DNA of 28,483 bases. Origin: an uncultured Nitrososphaerota archaeon (GTDB lineage: Archaea > Thermoproteota > EX4484-205 > JAAOZP01). A model generated the notes under the pieces. That model saw only the letters and a program-made list of their open reading frames with translations. It had not been told where the DNA came from and ran no database searches. The DNA lies in the NCBI GenBank assembly GCA_964416155.1, contig CAYQCW010000004.1, positions 1-28,483 of the forward strand, written 5' to 3'. The translations under genes were made by a program, and so were the position numbers. This document shows positions 1-9,262 of this stretch, one piece after another (position 1 is the stretch's first letter; the number at the start of each line of letters is the position of its first letter).

Positions 1-76
1 TCTGCAAACGCTATCGTAGATGTTGAGATAGATTGTTATTGTGGCGGTTTCAAGCCCTTATAGGTATTCTGCAAAC
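1..76 (-). CRISPR. Leader-proximal end of a CRISPR array: one full 30-bp repeat (47-76), one 37-bp spacer (10-46), one partial repeat (1-9); array continues beyond the window
   Basis: GTTTCAAGCCCTTATAGGTATTCTGCAAAC at 47-76; its last 9 nt (TCTGCAAAC) recur at 1-9. The reverse complement ends in TTGAAAC, typical of type I-B repeats. Lies next to cas2. Confidence 0.93.
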
Positions 77-178
77 TAGGCCGCATTATGACGTATATTG
101 CCATTTTTAAGGCTTTTGCAACACTCATAGTTAGTCGACCTAAGATGCTAGTAATTTTCAAGAGGATCGACGGGAAAC
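77..178 (-). promoter_or_regulatory. CRISPR leader with archaeal BRE/TATA promoter and GTCGAC-type inverted motif
   Basis: Minus strand GCAAAAGCC-TTAAAAA (119-104) about 27 nt before the first repeat. GTCGACCT (134-141) and AGGATCGAC (163-171) form an imperfect inverted repeat like those in archaeal I-B leaders. Confidence 0.8.
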
Positions 179-439
179 CTAGATTATTGTTGTAGGCTCA
201 CCCTTTACAGTTCCAAGCGTCTCCTTCTTCATGTAGACTGTAGTCCTGAGTATGTAAAATGTTACAGAGTCGCAATCCTCTATGATCCTGGCAAGCTCGT
301 CCTTTAACCTCATTAAAGTAGCCTCCGTCATCTCTCCTTCTAAAACCGAGTTCTGAACCCACGTCAAGTACTTCCTAGCGGTCTTTAATGTCTTGGCGAC
401 TCGTTCAACCCCGACATCGTAAACCATTATCACGTACAT
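179..439 (-). CDS. cas2: CRISPR-associated endoribonuclease Cas2
   Basis: MYVIMVYDV...LTWVQNSVLEGE motif. Start placed at ATG 439, which follows an AGGAGG RBS; the ORF track starts at 460. Confidence 0.95.
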   Translation of the reverse strand: MYVIMVYDVGVERVAKTLKTARKYLTWVQNSVLEGEMTEATLMRLKDELARIIEDCDSVTFYILRTTVYMKKETLGTVKGEPTTII

Positions 440-453
440 GTTACAATCCCTCC

Positions 454-1440
454 TTACCATTGGGCTAAGAATGGAAAATATTCGCTCTCGCCAATCAGGT
501 GTTTCTCTATCTTGTAAAGCTCGATCCTTATCAGCCTCCGATATGAGATCTTTCTACCCTTGAAACTTATTGTCTGGGAAAGCTTCCTATCATACTCATT
601 TATGAACTCGGCTCTGCCTTTATCATTCAGGTATATGCCATCCAGTTCTTTAATGAAATGTCTCGAGTCTATCATCTTCTTGTTCACCAAAGTGAATATT
701 ACTCTGTCAACAATAATGGGCTTGAATATCTCAGCCACATCTAAGTTTAAGGAGAATTTCCTGAAGTTCGTTGAGTGTAAGAAACCTATTCGAGGATCTA
801 GATGCGTCTTATAGATCTCCGCAAGCACAGTGACATAAAGCAAACTGTTTCCGAAGCTGATGAGGGCGTCGAGATGATGTTTCGGTGGCCTTTTTTCTCT
901 GGTCTGGAATCTGAACATAGGATCTTCAATTATTAAATTAAATGATTGATAATATTCCTTTCTACCCTCCCCCTCTATTGCCATCAGTTCTTCAGTGGAC
1001 TTGGCGTTGGACGCTTTGTTAACACATAACTCTAATATGCTTATGGCGTCCGAGAGCCCACCTTTTCTGCTCTCATAATATCTCAGATTCCTCAGCATGT
1101 TGTTCAGAGCACCTTCGACGAACTTTCTGGCAAGCTCTATTCTCTTCTCGTTATCTAGGTAATGCTCGCATTGTTTCAGCGTCATAAAGCCAGAGTTATA
1201 GTGGGTTCTCGGATAAAAGCTCCCAATATAGAATCCGTAGTAGTTGAAAAAATGCAAGGATATCTCATTCGAAGTTAGGAACTCCAACAACCTCTTGTTC
1301 AACGCGAGTTCTCCGAATACAAATATCGATGCTACGTTTGATACGGGAATGAATTTCTTGCCCATATCTCCTACGAAGCACAGCGTATCCGCCTCCCTTT
1401 GTAGAGTGCCAGAGCTAAATATGTAGATATCCTTCTTCAT
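454..1440 (-). CDS. cas1: Type I-B CRISPR-associated endonuclease Cas1
   Basis: HFFNYYGFYIGSFYP, ELMAIEG, ALISFGNSLLY, LDPRIGFLH, SLNLDVAEIFKP motifs; 328 aa; GGTGA RBS. Confidence 0.97.
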   Translation of the reverse strand: MKKDIYIFSSGTLQREADTLCFVGDMGKKFIPVSNVASIFVFGELALNKRLLEFLTSNEISLHFFNYYGFYIGSFYPRTHYNSGFMTLKQCEHYLDNEKRIELARKFVEGALNNMLRNLRYYESRKGGLSDAISILELCVNKASNAKSTEELMAIEGEGRKEYYQSFNLIIEDPMFRFQTREKRPPKHHLDALISFGNSLLYVTVLAEIYKTHLDPRIGFLHSTNFRKFSLNLDVAEIFKPIIVDRVIFTLVNKKMIDSRHFIKELDGIYLNDKGRAEFINEYDRKLSQTISFKGRKISYRRLIRIELYKIEKHLIGESEYFPFLAQW

Positions 1441-1447
1441 GCGCTTC

Positions 1448-1963
1448 TCACCCCCAACAAAAGTCCTTGTAAGCGCACCTTTTACAGAATCGGGTCTTGA
1501 CAGGTTCCGGAGGCTTTGTAGATTTCAATATTTCACGTATCTCGCTCAGGGCATACAAGAGCCTAGCCTCGAGCTCTTTATCCAGTGTTATCTCGATCCT
1601 CTTTCTTTCCATCGGTACCCGTATCTCTCCTGTAGCTTCAACACCATACGCTCTAAGCCTGTAGAGATAATATGCTAGTTGAAGAATTGTCGCATCAAGA
1701 AACCGAGAAGATGTCTTGATTTCGCAGACGATATTCTCTCTCCTCTTCAAGAAGTCAAACTTCACACCCTCCAGTGCCAATTCCTTCCTGAATCCCTTGA
1801 AGAAGATTTGGTGGACGACTCGCCCCATTTCGAGAGAGTGAAAATCTTCATCGGGTGTGATCTCATGGCCCATGAGCCATACCTCTCTCTTGCATAACGA
1901 GTAGTACCACACCAAAGTCCCTGTTATGTGTTTCCCGTCAGCCAGCAGATACTTCTCGCTCAA
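1448..1963 (-). CDS. cas4: CRISPR-associated exonuclease Cas4
   Basis: ITGTLVWYYSLCKREVWL, RecB-type D..EIK and QLAYYL, C-terminal CKRCAYKDFC Fe-S cysteines. Confidence 0.96.
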   Translation of the reverse strand: MSEKYLLADGKHITGTLVWYYSLCKREVWLMGHEITPDEDFHSLEMGRVVHQIFFKGFRKELALEGVKFDFLKRRENIVCEIKTSSRFLDATILQLAYYLYRLRAYGVEATGEIRVPMERKRIEITLDKELEARLLYALSEIREILKSTKPPEPVKTRFCKRCAYKDFCWG

Positions 1964-1984
1964 GCTATGTTGTTTTTAACGTAG

Positions 1985-2008
1985 TCCAATATAAATACTT
2001 TATATAAA
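1985..2008 (-). promoter_or_regulatory. Internal promoter for cas4-cas1-cas2, overlapping a perfect palindrome
   Basis: Minus strand AAAGTA-TTTATAT, 25 nt before the cas4 TTG; ATATAAA-TAC-TTTATAT (1989-2005) is a 7-bp inverted repeat. Confidence 0.6.
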
Positions 2009-2013
2009 CTAAC

Positions 2014-4455
2014 CTATACAAATATTGCACCAATCTCCTCTACCTTCTTGAACCCTGTCTCCTCATCATACCACTTCTTGACCTCCTCTTGGTCGACGTA
2101 TCTTACATCGCTCAACTCGTTCAAAATCGTTAGACCGCTAACATCGGTCCACGTCTCTATCACATAGTTTTCGAGGTATGACCTCTTAGCCCTTATCATT
2201 GCTGATAGCTCATAAGACTTATCCCTATCGGCTTGCCTTTTCTCGTCGATCAGGCTTAGAAGTTCATTTTTGACAGCCCTAGCTTTTTCATCATATTCTA
2301 TGAAAACTGAGTACTTCGGCTCTTCTTTTATAACCCTGAACGACTTCAGGCGCTCGAAATCCAGGTATTTTATGCCTTCAATCACTTCTCTATATTCATC
2401 GCTCTCTTCTCCGAAGACCCTTATGCTTTCCGCGTAATAATCGTTTATCAGGTCAAATATGCCGGCTTCGTCGAATTCGTTAAACTTACCTAAGATATTC
2501 TTGCTTATCTGAATACTCATCCTGCCATATACTTTCTCAGCGTAAAGCCTTCCTTGCTCATCAACCAATCTTATTACGTAGAAAATTCCTCGTTCTTTGG
2601 AAGCGTTTCTGTTACACCTGCCTGCAACCTGCACTATTGAATCGAAAGGCCCGATATCCCTTACGCCCATGTCAAAATCTAGGTCGACGCCGGCCTCTAC
2701 GACTTGGGTGCTCACTAAAACGACCTTGACTCCTTCTCCAAGCAGATTTTTAATCCTTTTTATTCTCATCGCCCTATGTAATGGCATTATGTTCGTCGAT
2801 AGGTAGCTTAGGACTACCTTGTCCCTGTCTATTTGGTCCCCATCTCCAGAAAGGATTGTGAAGTCGACCCCTTTTTGACTAAGCAGTCGCTTGAACTTTT
2901 CATAAAAATCAATCGAGGATTTTATTGTATTAAGGACTATGAGCAACGAACCTTTAAGATTCCATTTGTCGAATACAAATTCAACGGCATCATCGATAGG
3001 GAGGTCGCGAGCGACATACTTGAACCTCACTCTACTTAAACTTCTGAAGTATTTTTCGCAGTTCTTTACGAGTTCTTGACCTTCAAATATTATTGGCCTG
3101 GTAGCACTCATGTATATAAGATGAGAGTTCGAATTTTTTACGAGCTCTTCCAACGCCTCTTTTACAAGCCTCCAATATTCTATGGGCAGGGTCTGGACTT
3201 CGTCGAGTATTATGACAGAGTTAAAAAGCTCGTTGAATTTTTTTAACATTCTGTTTCTCGAACCTAACAAAGTTTCAAGAAACTGGACGGACGTCGTAAC
3301 TACGATCTCCGAATCCCAGGATTCGGTTAGAAGTAACATGTCCTCGACATGGAGGGATTCAGATTGATTCTCGAAGATCGTGCCGTGTGCCTTGTGGTGG
3401 TGTTTAAGCAACAGGTTAATCTCTCTGCTACCGAAGACATCTTTGAATACATCGTAAGTCTGCTCCACTATGTTCACATAAGGGAGCACATATATTATTC
3501 GAGGTTTTGCACCCTGTGTCAAATCCCTGATCCTAGTGGCTATTGACAACGAGAGGAGCGTTTTACCGCATCCGGTTGGTGCAGTTATAGTCATTATTTT
3601 TTGGGACCATAGTAAACCATCAGATAATATACCCTGAAAGCTCTCGAGGGCTTCTCTTCTGATCTTCCATCTCAGTTCGTTTACTGGGTTTCTTACTTGA
3701 CTTTTTGCGCTAAGTTGCTTCGTATATTCGTCAACCAAATCGGCTGTAACTAACTTTGAATATTCACCCATTTCATCAAGTTGAACTTTCCCGGCCGATT
3801 TCTTGTCAAAGTCGATGAGGAGGCTGAATACTAAACACAGTGAATAAAAGTCCTTAAAGACGTTTTCGCTCTCATATTCTATAATGAATTTCGTGGCAGC
3901 CTCTTTAAGCAGCGGGATGCCTTTCTCGCATTCTTCGACAAAATCATTTAGGCTCAGATCGCCTATTTTACATGTCAATCTGTGAATCATGCTATCTACC
4001 TCATGAAGTATATCTTCATCACTGATTATTGAGCTCAGCTGTCTCTGACACTTAGATAGGACGTCTTCTAGAACGTTAGGTACAAAGACGTCGTTTACTC
4101 TATCGACCAAGTCGCCGTGGTGTCTATAGACGGTGTAGAACGCAACTGCCGAGAAGAAAGGGTGCTTGAATATTTTGCTGACCAGCCAGCTCGAAAACAA
4201 TGCTGAAAGCGCTGAATGCCTTGCGAGTTCTTTTCTACTACTGGCTCCACGCGACAGATACTCTTGGAAAAACTTTGAGTATTTCCCGAAATCGTGAAAC
4301 TTACCAACGATCTCAATGACGCCTAGTAATTTTTCGTCCTTTATGCCAATATTGATAGACTTTGTTCTGCATTGTTCCCCGACTTCGCTCAGATGGTCTT
4401 TCAGACAAAGTCCAGGGTGAGAAAGGAATCTACATAAACGTCCCATATCTTCCAT
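2014..4455 (-). CDS. cas3: Cas3 HD nuclease-helicase (fused)
   Basis: N-terminal LKDH...FHDFGK HD domain; TAPTGCGKT, DEVQ, SAT, STQVVEAGVD, QVAGRCNR helicase motifs. Exact start uncertain (4455 or 4446). Confidence 0.96.
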   Translation of the reverse strand: MEDMGRLCRFLSHPGLCLKDHLSEVGEQCRTKSINIGIKDEKLLGVIEIVGKFHDFGKYSKFFQEYLSRGASSRKELARHSALSALFSSWLVSKIFKHPFFSAVAFYTVYRHHGDLVDRVNDVFVPNVLEDVLSKCQRQLSSIISDEDILHEVDSMIHRLTCKIGDLSLNDFVEECEKGIPLLKEAATKFIIEYESENVFKDFYSLCLVFSLLIDFDKKSAGKVQLDEMGEYSKLVTADLVDEYTKQLSAKSQVRNPVNELRWKIRREALESFQGILSDGLLWSQKIMTITAPTGCGKTLLSLSIATRIRDLTQGAKPRIIYVLPYVNIVEQTYDVFKDVFGSREINLLLKHHHKAHGTIFENQSESLHVEDMLLLTESWDSEIVVTTSVQFLETLLGSRNRMLKKFNELFNSVIILDEVQTLPIEYWRLVKEALEELVKNSNSHLIYMSATRPIIFEGQELVKNCEKYFRSLSRVRFKYVARDLPIDDAVEFVFDKWNLKGSLLIVLNTIKSSIDFYEKFKRLLSQKGVDFTILSGDGDQIDRDKVVLSYLSTNIMPLHRAMRIKRIKNLLGEGVKVVLVSTQVVEAGVDLDFDMGVRDIGPFDSIVQVAGRCNRNASKERGIFYVIRLVDEQGRLYAEKVYGRMSIQISKNILGKFNEFDEAGIFDLINDYYAESIRVFGEESDEYREVIEGIKYLDFERLKSFRVIKEEPKYSVFIEYDEKARAVKNELLSLIDEKRQADRDKSYELSAMIRAKRSYLENYVIETWTDVSGLTILNELSDVRYVDQEEVKKWYDEETGFKKVEEIGAIFV

Positions 4456-5158
4456 CTACTCTGAAGATCTCACCCTTCGTAGATACCGTGAGCGGTTTAC
4501 AATCGGCTTCATAAATATAGTTAATGCTTTTCGATGCTGGCAACCTGTTGCCTTTAAAGTCTGGCGGTGCTCGTTCTTCGATCATTATTCGTTTTCCAAT
4601 GTTCTTAGCGGGGTCTATCTTTATCTGATCCTGCCTCATAACGGTTACTGTATCGAATTCCTCTTCATCAGCGATGCGAAGGACCTCGACATTCATATCG
4701 TCAAACTCACTTACGGAAGCGAGACAGTTTGCTGGTCCGAGAGATAATGGATAATATGCTTTCCGCTCTTTCAACCTGTCCTTCAAATTCTCAACAAGCC
4801 TTTTATCTTTGTGTTCAAGGTACACCTTGTATCTCAGAGGTCCATCATTAAGGCTCATTACATATTCTATTCTCGTGGGTAACATACCCTCGCCTCTGAA
4901 CTTTCTATAACTGAGTTGGTCAGTGTCCAAGTAATTTGATGAAAATGAAACTTTTCTAACTGGATTCAAGATTTGAAGACCGATTCTCGCATTGCCTCTA
5001 GAGAATAGATCATAGTAGGAGTCTCTTTCCAAACCTAATAGGGCAGAGATGATTCCGACAATGGTATTCCTTGGCGGGAACGCATACGTCAAAGAGGTGA
5101 CAGTGGTATAGTACTTTCTAAAATGCCCCATCGCCCCCTCTATTGTAAATGATATCAT
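4430..5158 (-). CDS. cas5: Type I-B Cas5 (Cas5h-like)
   Basis: GAMGHFRKYYT...LTYAFPPRNTIVGIISALLG and YYPLSLGPANCLA Cas5 signatures. Confidence 0.95.
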   Translation of the reverse strand: MISFTIEGAMGHFRKYYTTVTSLTYAFPPRNTIVGIISALLGLERDSYYDLFSRGNARIGLQILNPVRKVSFSSNYLDTDQLSYRKFRGEGMLPTRIEYVMSLNDGPLRYKVYLEHKDKRLVENLKDRLKERKAYYPLSLGPANCLASVSEFDDMNVEVLRIADEEEFDTVTVMRQDQIKIDPAKNIGKRIMIEERAPPDFKGNRLPASKSINYIYEADCKPLTVSTKGEIFRVDGRYGTFM

Positions 5159-5172
5159 GGTTTCTTACGCAA

Positions 5173-6156
5173 CTACTTGGAAGTAAGTTTAAGCTTTTTG
5201 GGCAGATCCAATTTTTCGACGTATGGTATCCTCACGATTTTATCCACAAACTTTTCCTCCAAGCCTCTAACTGCTTCTTTTAACGAATCATCTCTCCAGA
5301 GATAAATTTTGTTGATCTTGTCAGCGAACTCACCAAGCCGCTTAGTTAAACCGTCTAGATTCACCCTCAGGTCAGCGAGCGACCTTATCGGTCTACCTTC
5401 CCCTTGTTTAACTTCTATGAACTTCCTCAAGTCGCCTATCATGGTTTCAGAGTCGTTATATTCAACTCTCATATATATTAGCGGATTTTCGCCTATCTTG
5501 CTCCTAGTAGTAGCCTCCAATCTGAGGGAATGGTATAATAAGTGGTCTAAAACCTGTATGTCTGACCATATCGTTCCAGCATCAATAGCCCTATTTCCAC
5601 TGACGACGCCGTAGAAAGCTAACAGAGAGTAGTACAGTCTGAAGTCCTTTCCCATCGTGCCATACTCCTCTCCAGCCTCCCTTCCACTAAACACCGAAGT
5701 TATCGTGGATGACTCCACTAGTTCCACCGGGTGCAAAGAGTAACCCCAAGTGAATTGCACTGGTCCAGTTATGCTAATACTAACACCTCTCTCTTCTCCT
5801 CCCCCTATGGGAACTGTTGCACCGAAGAGACGGGCATCTATGCAGTTGCTCGTGACCACTTCTTTCACGGTTTTCTGATCTTTTTTCTTTGTTAATTCCT
5901 CCAACCTAGTATCCGCCCTAACGCTCTGTCCGCCGATCTTCGTTACCCAAATATAGTCAGTCCCATACCTCTTCACGATGTAGTCCCTGAAGTAACGTTT
6001 GAGCCTAACGTCGGTTACCAGATTTCTACCAGTACGTACATCTATCCTAGGTCTGTTCTCTTCGTCAGGGTCTCCATTCGGATTACAAAGCGATGCCTCA
6101 TAAAGGAACAATATCTCGCTGTTCCTATCTACCTGTTCATTTTCCCTACGGCTCAT
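5173..6156 (-). CDS. cas7: Type I-B Cas7 (Csh2/Cas7b)
   Basis: EILFLYEASLCNPNGDPDEENRPRID, VTDVRLKRYFRDY, IDARLFGA, TGPVQF, TRSKIG motifs. Confidence 0.96.
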   Translation of the reverse strand: MSRRENEQVDRNSEILFLYEASLCNPNGDPDEENRPRIDVRTGRNLVTDVRLKRYFRDYIVKRYGTDYIWVTKIGGQSVRADTRLEELTKKKDQKTVKEVVTSNCIDARLFGATVPIGGGEERGVSISITGPVQFTWGYSLHPVELVESSTITSVFSGREAGEEYGTMGKDFRLYYSLLAFYGVVSGNRAIDAGTIWSDIQVLDHLLYHSLRLEATTRSKIGENPLIYMRVEYNDSETMIGDLRKFIEVKQGEGRPIRSLADLRVNLDGLTKRLGEFADKINKIYLWRDDSLKEAVRGLEEKFVDKIVRIPYVEKLDLPKKLKLTSK

Positions 6157-7976
6157 CCAGTAACACCACTATGCGGACGTGCTTTTATACTTTTCATCGT
6201 CGAAAAAGAGTAGCCACTCAAAATATAGAAGACGTTTCTAACGGGGTCGTTTATCTTGTCCAAATTGTTATCAAGCAATTGCTTCATCTCGGCATAGATT
6301 GCCTCATTGTATTTGAGTATCCTGTAGTTCCGCAAAGACTCTAGAATCTGGTTGGCTAACATCACAACTTTATCTTTCCCCATGCCATCAAAGTTTATTT
6401 TCGAAAGTATCGACTTCTTCTCGTCGCCCTTTCGGTACTGCTGGCGACCGACTTCACCAATTAAATATCCAATTAGAAACAAGGCTTTCTGCCAAGCTTC
6501 ATATCTCATCGTCTCGAAATATCTCATGACGTCTTCCTCGATGAGTATTTTGGCTTCGCGTTCCTCCAAATTACGTATATTCAAACCATTTTTTAATAGC
6601 TTCAAGAGGATATTAAACTTTACTAGCCCATAACAGGCTTCTATATCCCCGTTCTTTACCTTCCTTATGTTATATGCACCATATAATCCATATCTATGAA
6701 TTCTTACAAATAACAAGGCTCGCTTTATCAGCTCTTCCTCTGAATAAGCGTGTCCTTGAAGCAACGCAGAATATAACAAGATAAGCGGCGCATAGCCTTC
6801 TAATCTTAAACCTGCCTTTGTCTTCCTTAATGAGAGCGGAAATATTCTGTAAATCTCGCCAAAGGTCACATTAAGATTTTCCTCGTCCCCAAAAATTTCG
6901 CCCATCTCCTTAGCCAGGTTTTTAACATTCTTAGTAAAAGAGGTCAGGCTTGAGACTGGTACCTCAGTTATCTCATAGTAAAAGCTGAAAGAGGCTTGTT
7001 CTCTTCGACCAAAAATTAGGTTCAGAGTGTAGTTCGACTCATCCTTGGCATACTGTCCATATTCTGAAAAATCCTTCATTTTTTCATCGAAGTTCATGAG
7101 GTTCTCATATGATTTGACCGTATCGAATTTGTTCTTCACAAACACTAAGAACCTTTCGAGCTTCCTAATCTTTATAGAGGATCTCGGTATTAAATACAAG
7201 TTAAGATCACCTATTGATGTGCGAAAATTCCTCTCTATATATCCCATTCCTGTAAACAATTTTTTCAGACACTGAGGGCACAATGAGAAGGTTCGTATCT
7301 TCGAGAGATTTGAATCAGATATGCCTGAGAGAAATCCTTTTTTATCCAAAACGTACATCTTCAATAAAGATCCCGATGGAAAACCAGGGTCGATGAGAAC
7401 GGAGTCAGTCTCACAGATGTAACAAGTACCCTTCACGGTTTCATTTTCTTGAAGCAATAAGGCTTCCAGAAAGTCTTTATAACCTTCTGTCTTAGCTAAG
7501 TCTTTTATTTCATCGTCGAACCCTATCGATACCGTGTAAAGGTCTGCTTTGACTTTGATCTTATCTGCAACGTTTTCCAAATTTTTGAATGTTTCTTTGA
7601 TCTCCTTTAAGTGATTATGAAGTATTTCTATTGTCTTCCTCTTGCGAAACTTTTCTGGAAACTTATCGATGGCATTTGCCACCCCGTCAATTCCCGTACC
7701 TGTACCAACAAGATATTTTAGGTTATCGCTAGTAAGCCTCAGAACAGGTTCCCGTGCAGCCTTGAACGTGTTCCCTATCCATAGATACTCTTCACATCTA
7801 CTCCTATTCAGTTTTAACTCATCTGTCCTTATCTTCTTCTTTTTTACATCGAACACGATCCTGAGGAGTGTGCTTTCGCCCTTAGGTTTTTCTTTATACT
7901 TTACGAGATTCTTGAGAAACAGGTCTGGAGACTCGTTTAATAACTCCTCACCCAATTTAGCTATCGAGTCTAGCAA
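6153..7976 (-). CDS. cas8b: Type I-B large subunit Cas8b (Csh1/TM1802-like)
   Basis: 607 aa between cas6 and cas7; CYIC...CPQC zinc motif; C-terminal ALFLIGYLIG...FYILSGY; TTG start after a GAGGTGA RBS inside the cas6 3' end. Confidence 0.9.
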   Translation of the reverse strand: MLDSIAKLGEELLNESPDLFLKNLVKYKEKPKGESTLLRIVFDVKKKKIRTDELKLNRSRCEEYLWIGNTFKAAREPVLRLTSDNLKYLVGTGTGIDGVANAIDKFPEKFRKRKTIEILHNHLKEIKETFKNLENVADKIKVKADLYTVSIGFDDEIKDLAKTEGYKDFLEALLLQENETVKGTCYICETDSVLIDPGFPSGSLLKMYVLDKKGFLSGISDSNLSKIRTFSLCPQCLKKLFTGMGYIERNFRTSIGDLNLYLIPRSSIKIRKLERFLVFVKNKFDTVKSYENLMNFDEKMKDFSEYGQYAKDESNYTLNLIFGRREQASFSFYYEITEVPVSSLTSFTKNVKNLAKEMGEIFGDEENLNVTFGEIYRIFPLSLRKTKAGLRLEGYAPLILLYSALLQGHAYSEEELIKRALLFVRIHRYGLYGAYNIRKVKNGDIEACYGLVKFNILLKLLKNGLNIRNLEEREAKILIEEDVMRYFETMRYEAWQKALFLIGYLIGEVGRQQYRKGDEKKSILSKINFDGMGKDKVVMLANQILESLRNYRILKYNEAIYAEMKQLLDNNLDKINDPVRNVFYILSGYSFSTMKSIKARPHSGVTG

Positions 7977-8704
7977 CTTTTTATCACCTCAAACATACCA
8001 AAGCCCTGCGAGTTTTTACTGCCTAACCCTGCATCGTATACGGTTTTTATCAACTTTTTAGGTCCACTGAGCCTAAAATATCCCATCCACCCTTTAATTA
8101 CGGTGTCTTTGTAAAAGACTATTGACTCCTTTACTTTGACTGGAGCCAATTGTAGACCCCCCTTCAGCACCCTACCGTGCAAGAGTTGATATTTCTTGAG
8201 AGCATTATCGCTCAAGATCTCCACAAATTCTCTTTCCATCGGAGAATAGTAATAAGTCTTCTTCCTTCCTTCAGGGGTCAGGAGTGTGCTATAGACCGTG
8301 ACCGGAGAAAGCATCCTTATTTCATTGTCATGACCAAAGCTTGGCTCGTTCAAAATCGACATCTCCTTCACCTTAAGCAACTCTTTCCCAAGCCGGATGG
8401 TGCTTTTCCGCAACAACCCGTTAGTAAACTCCCTCATGAACCTGTCGATAGGTGTGCCTATATAAAACCATACCGGACCCTTGAAGTGAATTAATTCACT
8501 CGATATCCTAAATCTACCTAAAATCCTCGAAAACGTAAAGAGCTTAAACTTACGCTTCTCAAACGCAAAACCACGATCGTGCAAGAAATTCGATAGTGTT
8601 TCTGAAATGTTATTGTAGATCCAACCCTGAATGAGATGATTGTAGTGAAGTGTTAGAGAAAACTCATAAGCCCCATCTTTCTCTAGCGTAATGCGTATTC
8701 TCAC
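7970..8704 (-). CDS. cas6: CRISPR-associated endoribonuclease Cas6
   Basis: YNHLIQGWIY, LHDRG, FKLFTFS and the C-terminal G-rich loop GLGSKNSQGFGM. Confidence 0.96.
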   Translation of the reverse strand: MRIRITLEKDGAYEFSLTLHYNHLIQGWIYNNISETLSNFLHDRGFAFEKRKFKLFTFSRILGRFRISSELIHFKGPVWFYIGTPIDRFMREFTNGLLRKSTIRLGKELLKVKEMSILNEPSFGHDNEIRMLSPVTVYSTLLTPEGRKKTYYYSPMEREFVEILSDNALKKYQLLHGRVLKGGLQLAPVKVKESIVFYKDTVIKGWMGYFRLSGPKKLIKTVYDAGLGSKNSQGFGMFEVIKSC

Positions 8705-8727
8705 AGGAGAGATAAAGCGATATTTAG

Positions 8728-8742
8728 TATAAAAACTTTGCG
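8728..8742 (-). promoter_or_regulatory. BRE-TATA promoter of the cas operon (leaderless cas6)
   Basis: Minus strand CGCAAAG-TTTTTATA about 23 nt upstream of the cas6 GTG. Confidence 0.8.
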
Positions 8743-8962
8743 AGAAAATGAGAATATGCTAAGAAGCTGTATCTAGCTAATGAGTGTAATTTTATAAAAT
8801 ATCATTCGTAGTCCTAATAGTTTAATGGTCTGTTTTAATGACACCTTTCAAATTTGAGACAGAATTTGAGTTTAAGGTTAAAGAATTTGTTGTAGCACGC
8901 GCTCAGGGATGTTGCTGGCATCGAGAACCCGGACCACGTGGCTAAAATGATGTCCTTCTCAA

Positions 8963-9145
8963 ACTGCATGGTGTCGAGAGATAATAGCCGCCGCAAGGAA
9001 GAAGAGGCTGAGAAAGGGTTGACTCCTTAAGCCTACCACGGTTGCGTTACTTGTTGGAATAGGCATCGGCTCGATTTTTCAATTAATTCTGATGCTGCAG
9101 TTTTCCCATGAGACCCTCGCATCAATAGGATGGAGGATTATGCTT
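8963..9145 (+). pseudogene. Probable remnant of an MFS (metabolite:H+ symporter-like) transporter gene
   Basis: One frame reads TAWCREIIAAARKKRLRKG*LLKPTTVALLVGIGIGSIFQLILMLQFSHETLASIGWRIML: a hydrophobic TM5-like segment followed by the GWRI motif; in-frame TGA at 9020-9022. Confidence 0.35.
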
Positions 9146-9262
9146 CACGAAACTCAAATGCGGATTGTCTACGAGAACTTTAAAGGCAGAAAAGCCACCT
9201 TGTATATTTGTGTTTTATCTTTGACAAAAAAGTTAAGATTTGAATCATAATTTGTGCTTTCT

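Noticed and set aside
9140-9250. 36-codon ORF with GGAGG RBS as a CreT-type RNA toxin
   Set aside because: No tandem rare codons (AGA/AUA) after the AUG and no clear downstream hairpin; the GGAGG is explained by the GWRI codons of the MFS remnant.
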